This document shows positions 1-8,037 of a stretch of DNA of 64,000 nt, in pieces; the first letter of the stretch is position 1; each line of letters starts with the position of its first letter. The stretch spans positions 5,101 through 69,100 of the forward strand of contig JAQXOB010000047.1 in assembly GCA_029098305.1 (NCBI GenBank), in the 5' to 3' direction. This DNA is from Clostridia bacterium (GTDB lineage Bacteria > Bacillota > Clostridia > Oscillospirales > Acutalibacteraceae). The notes below the pieces were generated by a model. The model did not search any database, was not told the DNA's origin, and was given only the letters and a program-made list of their open reading frames with translations. Made by a program: the position numbers and the translations under genes.

Positions 1-347
1 AAATGGTACAAACTATGAACAAAGATGCTATCGTCTTTGCCATGGCAAACCCTGTGCCGGAAATTATGCCTGATATCGCCAAGCAAGGTGGAGCAAGGAT
101 CGTAGGTACAGGCAGAAGTGATTTTAAAAACCAAATCAACAACGTGCTTGCTTTTCCGGGAGTATTTAGAGGTGCTCTTGACAATTATATAACAACTATT
201 ACACGTGAAATGATGCTTTCGGCATCTTATGCTATTGCCAATCTTATCTCTGATGATATTCTGGATGAAGAGCATATCTTGCCGGATGTCTTTGACAAAA
301 GGGTTGTGGGTGCAATCGCAGATGCTATGAAAGGTTGTATCATATAA
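1..347 (+). CDS. NAD(P)-dependent malic enzyme, C-terminal fragment (gene starts upstream of window)
   Basis: The frame is open to the window edge. AMANPVPEI...GTGRSDFKNQINNVLAFPGVFRGALD is the conserved C-terminal NAD(P)-binding segment of malic enzymes. A hairpin terminator follows. Confidence 0.85.
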   Translation, partial: MVQTMNKDAIVFAMANPVPEIMPDIAKQGGARIVGTGRSDFKNQINNVLAFPGVFRGALDNYITTITREMMLSASYAIANLISDDILDEEHILPDVFDKRVVGAIADAMKGCII

Positions 348-351
348 CCAT

Positions 352-383
352 AACTTTCCTTATATAAATAAGGAAAGTTTTTA
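352..383 (+). terminator. Rho-independent terminator
   Basis: 11-bp inverted repeat aactttcctta/taaggaaagtt with a 6-nt loop, followed by a T-run, 5 nt after the stop codon. Confidence 0.7.
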
Positions 384-494
384 TATCAATCTATTGACAT
401 TATTCCTTATTTTGTTTAAAATAATAGTAATAAATCTAAGCACCATATGCGTAGCTTAAGATTATTATATTTTATTTTTATGGAGGTAATTACA

Positions 495-1667
495 ATGAGA
501 ATTTCCAAACTCACAACCAAGGCAATTTCTTGTCTTCTTGTTGCCCTTATGCTTGTAGGCACTATGGCAATTTCACCTGTTGCTTTCGCTTACGACGATA
601 GTAACATTGTTGCTAACGGCCTCAAAATAGACACTGACTCAGATTCAGATACTGATACAGATGTAAAGAAGCCTGTAGTAATTGGCACAAAGATAGGCAA
701 AGGTTCCACAGTACTTATTAAAAAGGACTCTATCGACTTTGAAACCAAAGAGGATATCAACAACTTCTGGACTCTATTTGAATTCACCGTAAAAGAAGTA
801 AACGAGGTTGACCGTACAGCTGAAATTGAATTTATCATTGATGGTGCTAATATTCAAAAGTATGGTCTTACATCAAAAAATATCATCTCTATCTTGAAAG
901 AATTAGGCGTTGATACGAGCGAATTTGATACTTTACTCACTATTGGCGGTGCGGTTCTTGACGCTGCTTTAATGGTTATTAAAATTCCTGTTAAGCGTAC
1001 CGTAGCTCTTGGCGATCTCGATCTTGTAAAAGGCGGTATAAACTCTACCAGAGAAGAGCGTAGATACATAGGTAGAACTGCACACATCAATGCAGATGCT
1101 GTAGATGCAGATGGCGAACCTATAAAGAGCATTTGGTGTGTAATGAACTTTACTATTACAACTGTTATTGGCAGAACAGCCCATCTTCAGGTAAGACTTA
1201 CACCTGAATACCTCGAATCAATGGGTCTCACAAAAGAAGCTTTCGGAAACATGATTGGCGTAAACACCAGTAATGCCTTCTTCAACATAGCTTATGATTC
1301 TATTATGAAAGCCGGCTACACAAAGAACTTTGATGTTGACCTCGATTACCTCACTGTAGAAGGTATTGAACCTGTTACAGATACAGACACAGAGACAGAA
1401 ACAGACACAGAAACTGAAACAGACACAGAGACTGAAACAGATTCTGAAGAAGAACTCCCAATGTATGGCGATGTAGACTGCAACGAGCGTATCAATATGC
1501 AAGACGTTACAACATTGCAGAAAATCATAGCAAACCTAACAACTCACAGAGCTTATGGTCCTCTTTCAATCGAAAACTCTGACTGCAACCACGACCGCAG
1601 AATCAACATGGAAGATGTTACACTTCTTCAGAAATACATTGCTGATTTAGTTTCATCACTTGGATGA
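495..1667 (+). CDS. Secreted dockerin-containing protein of unknown function
   Basis: GGAGG (482-486) lies 8 nt before ATG 495. Signal peptide MRISKLTTKAISCLLVALMLVGTMAISPVAFA. Possible internal duplication (TAEIEFIIDG...GVDTSEF versus TAHLQVRL...GVNTSNAF). TD/TE linker. C-terminal two-segment dockerin (GDVDCNERINMQDVTTLQKIIANL and SDCNHDRRINMEDVTLLQKYIADL). Confidence 0.85.
   Translation: MRISKLTTKAISCLLVALMLVGTMAISPVAFAYDDSNIVANGLKIDTDSDSDTDTDVKKPVVIGTKIGKGSTVLIKKDSIDFETKEDINNFWTLFEFTVKEVNEVDRTAEIEFIIDGANIQKYGLTSKNIISILKELGVDTSEFDTLLTIGGAVLDAALMVIKIPVKRTVALGDLDLVKGGINSTREERRYIGRTAHINADAVDADGEPIKSIWCVMNFTITTVIGRTAHLQVRLTPEYLESMGLTKEAFGNMIGVNTSNAFFNIAYDSIMKAGYTKNFDVDLDYLTVEGIEPVTDTDTETETDTETETDTETETDSEEELPMYGDVDCNERINMQDVTTLQKIIANLTTHRAYGPLSIENSDCNHDRRINMEDVTLLQKYIADLVSSLG
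1377..1442 (+). repeat. In-frame (ACA GAN)n Thr-Asp/Thr-Glu linker, microsatellite-like
   Basis: Encodes TDTDTETETDTETETDTETETD. Imperfect 6-nt periodicity is visible directly in the sequence. Confidence 0.9.
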
Positions 1668-1692
1668 TAGCTAGTTTAATCTAATTGTTTTT

Positions 1693-1726
1693 AAAGCCTT
1701 GTCACTATGAGTGGCAAGGCTTTTTC
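1693..1726 (+). terminator. Rho-independent terminator
   Basis: aaagccttgtcac / gtggcaaggcttt hairpin (one G-U pair) followed by TTTTT. Confidence 0.75.
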
Positions 1727-1871
1727 CTATTATATTTTAGTTATTTTGTCCTCAGCTATTGTATTTTTATTGATTTTATATTATACTAATTGATGTATTT
1801 ACAGATAAAGGCGATTATCGGTTTTTTCGCTTTTATGGTTTTCGTTTTAAGGGAGAACAAGTTTTACTACT

Positions 1872-3122
1872 ATGGCTAAGAAATTAAAGGTTATCCGTTT
1901 TGGTGGAATGTATGGCACAAAAAAGAAGAAAAAAACAGCGGCAATAATCATATTGTCAGCTGTTATTTGTGTTACCACTGCCACTTTGGGCGCGCTTTAT
2001 CCGTTTTATGGTGATTCACTCTGGAAGCTACTGCCCATAAAAGAAACTTCTTCAGCACCATCACAAATTGATATAAGCTCTGATGACAGTGAGAATAATG
2101 ATAACGCATCTTCACAATCAACGGATGATAACGAAACAGACACCTCGTCTGCTATTCCGGAACTTTCATACAGCAGTGATGCAGAAGGAGCCTTTGCAGA
2201 TGAAACGCAAAAGGTATATGTGTTTGACAAAGTGGCATATGAAGTCTTTTATGGTGACAACACCGGCGCCGATGCCTATGCAGACACCATAAACAATCTT
2301 ACAGTAAAACTAAAAAAATTACTTGGTGATGAAACAAAATTTTATGACCTTGTAATTCCCACACGTTCAGAGTTTACCCTGCCGGACCAACAAAAAATCA
2401 AAGCCGGCACCTACTCACAAAGAATAAATATCAACAGAATAGCTGAAAAACTTTCTGACGATATCAAATGCATAAATGTAATTGATACACTTATGCAACA
2501 TCGTGATGAGTACACATATTTTAACACAGACTCTGTGTGGACCTCTCTTGGAGCATATTATGGATATGAACATCTCATGCAAAGCATGGGACTAGAGCCT
2601 GTGGCACTTGACGAGCTCAAAAAAGGTGTCAACCGTGTAGAAGGAGATTATATTGGTCTCACAGGCAACAGCACCAGTGAAAACTCAGCGTTATATTCTC
2701 AGATAAAGAGTAACGCTGACACCGTAGAATATTATGACATTCCAGGTGAATACACTGTAAAAATCATTGCCAATGACGGCAGTGCAACTGTGGCTGATTT
2801 GTATTATCCATCTCCAACATCCACATATGCATATGCTGTGTTCCTTTTTGGTGGCGAATCACCGGTGATGACAATATCTGCTGATAACCCTACAGAATCC
2901 GGCAGAAATTTGCTCGTCATAAAAGACAGCAGTGCAAATCCATTTGTGCCATATCTCACCTGCAACTTCAACAAAGTAACTGTTGTAGACTACAGATATT
3001 TTGATGGCACTCTCGAAAACCTTTTAAAAGATGAAAAACCTGATGATGTGCTTTTCCTGAATGGAATTATGGACGCTAACACTGCCATCAGGAACAGCAG
3101 TATGAGCGCCCTGCTAAATTAG
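1872..3122 (+). CDS. Membrane-anchored DHHW-family-like (AlgX/AlgJ-type SGNH fold) protein with degenerate DHHW motif
   Basis: N-terminal TM segment and Ser/Asp-rich linker. VIPTRSEF...HRDEYTYFNTDSVWTSLGAYYGYEH...LLVIKDSSANPFVPYL matches my recollection of the DHHW family, but the name-giving motif reads DSVW. The start codon is uncertain because the SD is weak. Confidence 0.6.
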   Translation: MAKKLKVIRFGGMYGTKKKKKTAAIIILSAVICVTTATLGALYPFYGDSLWKLLPIKETSSAPSQIDISSDDSENNDNASSQSTDDNETDTSSAIPELSYSSDAEGAFADETQKVYVFDKVAYEVFYGDNTGADAYADTINNLTVKLKKLLGDETKFYDLVIPTRSEFTLPDQQKIKAGTYSQRININRIAEKLSDDIKCINVIDTLMQHRDEYTYFNTDSVWTSLGAYYGYEHLMQSMGLEPVALDELKKGVNRVEGDYIGLTGNSTSENSALYSQIKSNADTVEYYDIPGEYTVKIIANDGSATVADLYYPSPTSTYAYAVFLFGGESPVMTISADNPTESGRNLLVIKDSSANPFVPYLTCNFNKVTVVDYRYFDGTLENLLKDEKPDDVLFLNGIMDANTAIRNSSMSALLN

Positions 3123-3133
3123 GGTGATAAAGG

Positions 3134-3832
3134 ATGATAGGTTTTAGAGCAAATGTGGAGTTATATGGAATCTCCACAGATTCTGGCGTACACATGGCCA
3201 AACTAAAAAACAAAATTGCCGATTTTGATACCGGCATTGTGCTGATTAGAAACAAGTCAGATAAGAAAAATATAAATGTCATAGTCATAGCATTGGCTTA
3301 TGACAGCAGCAACAACGTTAAAAGGTTAATCATGGCTCCTGATTATGATGCTATATACTATGAGCCGGAAATAAGAAAACGCCTTGCTTCATTAAAGGGC
3401 TTTACATTCAGCAGACTAATGTGTCTATATGAAAAATCCTGCGGTGCAGTTGTATTTAACAGAATACACAAGGTGCCAAAGGTGCTTCTCGTAAAAAACA
3501 AAAACGGCAGATATTGGAGCTTTCCAAAAGGCCATGTAGAATATGGCGAAACCGAGCTGGAAACTGCAAAACGTGAGATAAAAGAAGAAACAGGACTTAT
3601 CGTAAGCAGTGTAGACGGATTTAGAGAGGTTACCACATATTCGCCATTTGGAAAAATCAGAAAAAGAGTAGTTTTCTTCTTAGCAGAAGCTTTCACAGAG
3701 AGAGTGATACTCCAAGAGGAAGAAATAGACTATTCCACATGGGTCAGCTTTAAGGAAGCAAGAAATATGTGTTGCTATGATAATGATAAAAAGCTTCTCA
3801 CAAAGGCGGAGCATATTGTAAAGCGTATGTAA
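3134..3832 (+). CDS. NUDIX hydrolase with uncharacterised N-terminal extension
   Basis: Nudix box GHVEYGETELETAKREIKEETGL fits GX5EX7REUXEEXGU. The first ~95 aa have no recognisable domain. Alternative in-frame ATGs lie at 3194, 3332 and 3419, so the start is uncertain. Confidence 0.8.
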   Translation: MIGFRANVELYGISTDSGVHMAKLKNKIADFDTGIVLIRNKSDKKNINVIVIALAYDSSNNVKRLIMAPDYDAIYYEPEIRKRLASLKGFTFSRLMCLYEKSCGAVVFNRIHKVPKVLLVKNKNGRYWSFPKGHVEYGETELETAKREIKEETGLIVSSVDGFREVTTYSPFGKIRKRVVFFLAEAFTERVILQEEEIDYSTWVSFKEARNMCCYDNDKKLLTKAEHIVKRM

Positions 3833-3899
3833 TTGAGATTTATACTTATGAAAGGGAAAGATGCATTTTTTTACAGACTGCATCGTTATATGTAATATT

Positions 3900-4907
3900 A
3901 TGTCTGAAGAAATTGAAAGAAAAAAACGAGTTTTTAGTGCGGTGCAACCAAGCGGAGGACTTACTCTGGGCAATTATCTTGGAGCATTGAAAAACTGGGT
4001 GAAAATGCAGGATGAGTTTGAGTGTATATATGCTCTGGCTGATCTGCACACAATAACTGTAAGGCAAGAGCCGGCAAAGATGCGTGCTAATATTATGGAG
4101 GCTTATGCGCTTTTTTTGGCATGTGGTGTTGACCCTGAAAAAAGTCCGTTCTTTATTCAGAGCCATGTGCATACACACGCAGAGCTCGCATGGCTTTTAA
4201 ATTGCTACACACAGTTTGGCGAGCTGGGCAGAATGACACAGTTTAAAGATAAGTCAGCCAAGCACGCTGACAACATAAACGCAGGTCTTTTTACATATCC
4301 ATCATTGATGGCAGCCGATATTCTGCTCTATCAGGCAGATATGGTTCCTGTGGGAGCAGACCAAAAGCAGCATCTTGAGCTTACAAGAGATATTGCACAG
4401 AGGTTCAATGGAATTTATGGCAACGTGTTTAAAATTCCGGAGGCTTATATTCCTAAGGCAGGCGCAAGGGTAATGTCTTTGCAAGAGCCAACCAGCAAGA
4501 TGAGCAAATCAGACACAAATGTTAACGGATGCATATATGTGTTAGACTCACCTGATGTTATTATAAAGAAATTCAAGCGCGCTGTTACAGATAGCGATGC
4601 CTGTGTGCGTTATGCCGATGGCAAAGACGGCATCAATAATCTTATGTCTATATACAGCTCTGTAACAGGAAAGTCATTTGACGAGATTGAGCGTGAGTTC
4701 GATGGCAAGGGCTATGGCGACTTTAAGCTTGCAGTAGGAGAAACTGTGGTTGAAGAGCTACGTCCTATACAAGAAAACTTCAAAAAACTTTCCGCCGACA
4801 AAGCTTATTTGCAGCAGTGCTATGCCAATGGTGCAGAGCTTGCACTCAGAATTTCTAAAAGAACTCTCGACAAAGCTATGAAGAAGATAGGCTTTGTTCT
4901 TAAATAA
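3900..4907 (+). CDS. trpS: Tryptophan--tRNA ligase
   Basis: Class I aaRS signatures: QPSGGLTLGNYLGAL N-terminal motif and KMSKS. Length and GADQKQHLELTRDIAQRFN are typical of bacterial TrpRS. Start moved to ATG 3900 (MSEEIERKK...). Confidence 0.92.
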   Translation: MSEEIERKKRVFSAVQPSGGLTLGNYLGALKNWVKMQDEFECIYALADLHTITVRQEPAKMRANIMEAYALFLACGVDPEKSPFFIQSHVHTHAELAWLLNCYTQFGELGRMTQFKDKSAKHADNINAGLFTYPSLMAADILLYQADMVPVGADQKQHLELTRDIAQRFNGIYGNVFKIPEAYIPKAGARVMSLQEPTSKMSKSDTNVNGCIYVLDSPDVIIKKFKRAVTDSDACVRYADGKDGINNLMSIYSSVTGKSFDEIEREFDGKGYGDFKLAVGETVVEELRPIQENFKKLSADKAYLQQCYANGAELALRISKRTLDKAMKKIGFVLK

Positions 4908-5098
4908 ATATGTATAATTAAAAGTCTATCTATTATATTTGTAGGTGGATACGGGTCATTTTTTGAAATTTAACAGCAAAAAAATGGCTCGATTTTTTCA
5001 TTCTAACAAAGTAAAGTTACCCAAAGATATAAAATCTAAAAACTTTATAATTCCTTTTACATAGTTAATTATTTGTTTAATATCGTTGCGAGGTGTGC

Positions 5099-5503
5099 AT
5101 GATGCAAAAGTTAAAAATTATATTATTTAGCATCCTTATATGTGCATTGTTTTTATCTGCTTGCTCTATAAAGGTTGATGACGATGCTTCGTCGGAACAC
5201 TTGATGAGCAGAGAATATGTTGCAGAGTGGTGCAAAACATCTAATTTTGGTTGGAGCAGTGACTCTATTCCTTATATAGCTTTAAACTATTTATACAACG
5301 ATGAAGAATTGAAAGAAAAATATGGAGAAACTTTTGTAGCGGATGATATTGGAGGAACTGCAGATTGGGATTTTAGATTATTTGATTTTTATAGTGGCAA
5401 AGCCACATATGTAGTCACCATCAAAGATGATAGATGGATTGTAGAATTATCTAAAGAATTTAGCAACAAATGGGAAATCACTAATTGTTATTATGACGAA
5501 TAG
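5099..5503 (+). CDS. Hypothetical lipoprotein
   Basis: GAGGTG SD lies upstream. Signal peptide with lipobox LSAC|S. No recognisable domain. Confidence 0.65.
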   Translation: MMQKLKIILFSILICALFLSACSIKVDDDASSEHLMSREYVAEWCKTSNFGWSSDSIPYIALNYLYNDEELKEKYGETFVADDIGGTADWDFRLFDFYSGKATYVVTIKDDRWIVELSKEFSNKWEITNCYYDE

Positions 5504-5683
5504 TAAAATGATATATCAGTATTATCTAGTATTACGAGAACAATAAACTGATAGGTATGAGCAGAGACGATGGAGAGGTTGTAAGCAAATACACCTGCAT
5601 TAAAAAATTACAGAGTAACACAATATATTTGGTAAAAGGATACATATTTAAAATAACTCGGTAGAGAGAGGATTAGTGTAATT

Positions 5684-7255
5684 ATGATAAAGAAAATTTC
5701 GATGATAGTTGTTATAATAACATTGTTTTCAGGCTGTACAGATATGCTCCATAATCATTTTGTTACAGATAATGAAAATGATCTTAAAATGCTTGATGCC
5801 ATACAGTATTCAAATTATGAAGCGTGCAAAGAAGCAATAAGCAGTGGTGCAAATATAGATCTTCTTTCGGGAAATATATGTGATAGAGTTGACAATCTCA
5901 TAGAGGAGAAAAACCCATTTATAATTACGTGCTTTTATCGCCAAACAAAAATATCTAAATTACTCATAGACATGGGTGCGTCGCCTGTTGCCTATGACGC
6001 AGAAGGATATCCATTAATTTGCTACACTATAAGAATGTGCGATATAGATTTATGTCAGTTTTTACTTGATAATGGAGCTGACATAAATCAAAAGAGTGAT
6101 AACGGTGTATTGCCTATAGAATGTTGTTTCCTCAATGATATTGTGCGTTCAGAAGAGCTTACACAGGATTACGCTGTTGAAAAAATGTTTGATTTTTTAG
6201 TTGCTAATGGTGCAATTGTAAATGAAGCCGTTCTTAACACTGCTATAAAAACAAACATTGAAACCGGCAATCATTATAAACTGATTAAAAAAATAGCTTC
6301 AATGCTGTCAGATGAGCAAATCCGGTCTATTGAGTCAAAGTTACTGTCATCTCTTTTGACCTCAGACTGGGAAACTGCTAATAAACTTATTCAAGATTCA
6401 AATAGCCTTAGCGATCAGGATATTGTTTATATTGCGGCATTCGGTAACACCGAGCAAATGCGTACATTAGGTGAATTAAACAACATAAAAGATGCAAAAG
6501 AAAACTCTTTAATGTCCATTGCTGCCACTACAGATAATTATGAAATGGTTTCATATTTGCTTAAAACCTTGACTTTAAGTGAATTTGAAGGCTATCACTC
6601 GTTAATGTCAGCGGTTCAGAATAATAGTTTTGACACAGTAAAAGTATTAATTGACAGTCATATTGATGTTTCATCATATAGACAGCCGAAACTATCTTAT
6701 GGTGTGCTGTCTTTTGCGTGTATTAATAATTCCGAAATAGCAAAATATTTGTTAAAGACAGAATTGTTTCAAGATGAATTGCAAGAAGCACTTATTCTGT
6801 CATCTAGGTGGGAAAAAACCAATATGATAGAAACATTATTCGAATATAAGGCAGATATTAATATGGATGTCGGCGGAAATACACCACTTATAGAGGCTAT
6901 CTTCTCAGGAGCAAAAGATAGCGTGAAAGTTCTCATAGAGCTTGGTGCTTCTACAAACGAGGAAAGCCCAATGGGTACACCTCTTGGCGAAGCTTGCTAT
7001 TGTGGTGAATATGAAATTGTTAAAATATTGATTGATAGTGGAAGCGACATAAATAAATGTGATGACTTAAATCAAACGCCGATGTACTACGCAACATATA
7101 GCGGGTCATTGGATATAGTAAAATATCTTATCGAAAAAGGATATAGGGTAACATCAGAAGATGTGGATAATGCAATAATGTTTCCATCTGATAACATAAC
7201 AGAATATCTTCGATCTAGCCTTGATGAAACAGCAGTAACAAATACTGCTGAGTAA
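5684..7255 (+). CDS. Ankyrin-repeat lipoprotein
   Basis: Lipobox LFSGC|T. Multiple ankyrin repeats, e.g. GNTPLIEAIFSGAKDSVKVLIELGASTNEE, GTPLGEACYCGEYEIVKILIDSGSDINKCD and NQTPMYYATYSGSLDIVKYLIEKGYRV. Confidence 0.85.
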   Translation: MIKKISMIVVIITLFSGCTDMLHNHFVTDNENDLKMLDAIQYSNYEACKEAISSGANIDLLSGNICDRVDNLIEEKNPFIITCFYRQTKISKLLIDMGASPVAYDAEGYPLICYTIRMCDIDLCQFLLDNGADINQKSDNGVLPIECCFLNDIVRSEELTQDYAVEKMFDFLVANGAIVNEAVLNTAIKTNIETGNHYKLIKKIASMLSDEQIRSIESKLLSSLLTSDWETANKLIQDSNSLSDQDIVYIAAFGNTEQMRTLGELNNIKDAKENSLMSIAATTDNYEMVSYLLKTLTLSEFEGYHSLMSAVQNNSFDTVKVLIDSHIDVSSYRQPKLSYGVLSFACINNSEIAKYLLKTELFQDELQEALILSSRWEKTNMIETLFEYKADINMDVGGNTPLIEAIFSGAKDSVKVLIELGASTNEESPMGTPLGEACYCGEYEIVKILIDSGSDINKCDDLNQTPMYYATYSGSLDIVKYLIEKGYRVTSEDVDNAIMFPSDNITEYLRSSLDETAVTNTAE

Positions 7256-7337
7256 ACGAGGACAACAAATATAAATAAAAAACTTAGAAATTCTTACAAT
7301 ATACGTATGTCATTTCTAGAGCTGAGGAGGTAAATGC

Positions 7338-7673
7338 ATGATAGATTTATTTAAATCTTATAATTTCGGTTGGTTTTGTTTTGGTTTGATAATGCTCATT
7401 GCGAATCTTACCCTGCTCATACTTAAAAATCATCTTATCAAGAAAAACAGTGTAGATAAGACCAATAAACTTGGTATACATAAAATTAAATTTCCGATTA
7501 TCAACATAGTATTTTTCGCAACTATATGTATTTCAAATATACTTGATTATTTCTTTTGCACTAACTTATTTATTGCTGATATAACTTTGTGGTTTTGTGG
7601 TTTTCTTGTGTTTTTGTTTATACGAATATTCTGTAAACGTTTTTTACTACCGGGTAACAAACATAGTAAATAA
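7338..7673 (+). CDS. Hypothetical small membrane protein (3 predicted TM segments)
   Basis: GAGGAGG lies 7 nt upstream of the ATG. Hydrophobic segments are visible. No known domain. Confidence 0.55.
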   Translation: MIDLFKSYNFGWFCFGLIMLIANLTLLILKNHLIKKNSVDKTNKLGIHKIKFPIINIVFFATICISNILDYFFCTNLFIADITLWFCGFLVFLFIRIFCKRFLLPGNKHSK

Positions 7674-7674
7674 C

Positions 7675-7857
7675 CATTCAAAAGCATTACCGAGTAATAT
7701 AGGTAATCCTAATCCCCTTAAAAACAAAAGTTATTGCTATGATAACGAAACTCGCTTGTATTATCTAGATAACAGATATTATGATCCAAAGACGTATAAG
7801 TTTGTTGATGAGAATAACCTGTTAATTGCAAATTTGGTATGGATGTGCAAACAATAA
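7675..7857 (+). pseudogene. Remnant of an RHS/YD-repeat-associated core (5'-truncated polymorphic-toxin fragment)
   Basis: Translation GNPNPLKNKSYCYDNETRLYYLDNRYYDPKTYKFVDEN fits the RHS core tail pattern NP[LF][RK]..G.YYD.ETGLYY...RYYDP..GRF...D. Only 12 codons follow before the stop. No YD-repeat body lies upstream, and the frame overlaps the preceding gene. Confidence 0.7.
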
Positions 7858-7940
7858 TCAAATGCTCAGTTAGATTTTCACACTAAAAAAATGACAAACG
7901 TATTATCTTTACCAAAATAAAATCTATTTCTTCCAAATGA

Positions 7941-7969
7941 TTGAAATTTGCAAAAAAAACATCTATAAT
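7941..7969 (+). promoter_or_regulatory. Sigma-A-type promoter (TTGAAA-N17-TATAAT)
   Basis: TTGAAA at 7941-7946 and TATAAT at 7964-7969 with a 17-nt spacer, ~70 nt upstream of ATG 8038. Confidence 0.6.
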
Positions 7970-7973
7970 ATAA

Positions 7974-8011
7974 CTACAAGATAAATTGTTGTAGGATAAT
8001 TTATCTTGTAG
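7974..8011 (+). promoter_or_regulatory. Perfect 14-bp stem-loop at the predicted 5' end of the transcript
   Basis: ctacaagataaatt (7974-7987) pairs with aatttatcttgtag (7998-8011) around a 10-nt loop, followed by TTTTGATTT and then the AGGAGG SD. Confidence 0.55.
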
Positions 8012-8037
8012 TTTTGATTTATTTAGGAGGTACTTAA

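Noticed and set aside
1377-1442. Short-period repeats as a CRISPR or non-coding VNTR (also 8431-8590)
   Set aside because: They are in-frame Thr-Asp/Thr-Glu linker codons inside well-supported secreted-protein genes.
3833-3899. T-box leader upstream of trpS (also considered for gltX at 60530-60789)
   Set aside because: The trpS intergenic region is only ~67 nt. Neither region contains the conserved T-box sequence (…GGUGGUACCGCG…) or a specifier-loop architecture.
7597-7857. 86-aa ORF as an intact gene
   Set aside because: Its first 26 codons overlap the preceding membrane-protein gene in another frame and it has no SD. Only the RHS-core-like tail is meaningful, so I annotated it as a pseudogene remnant.
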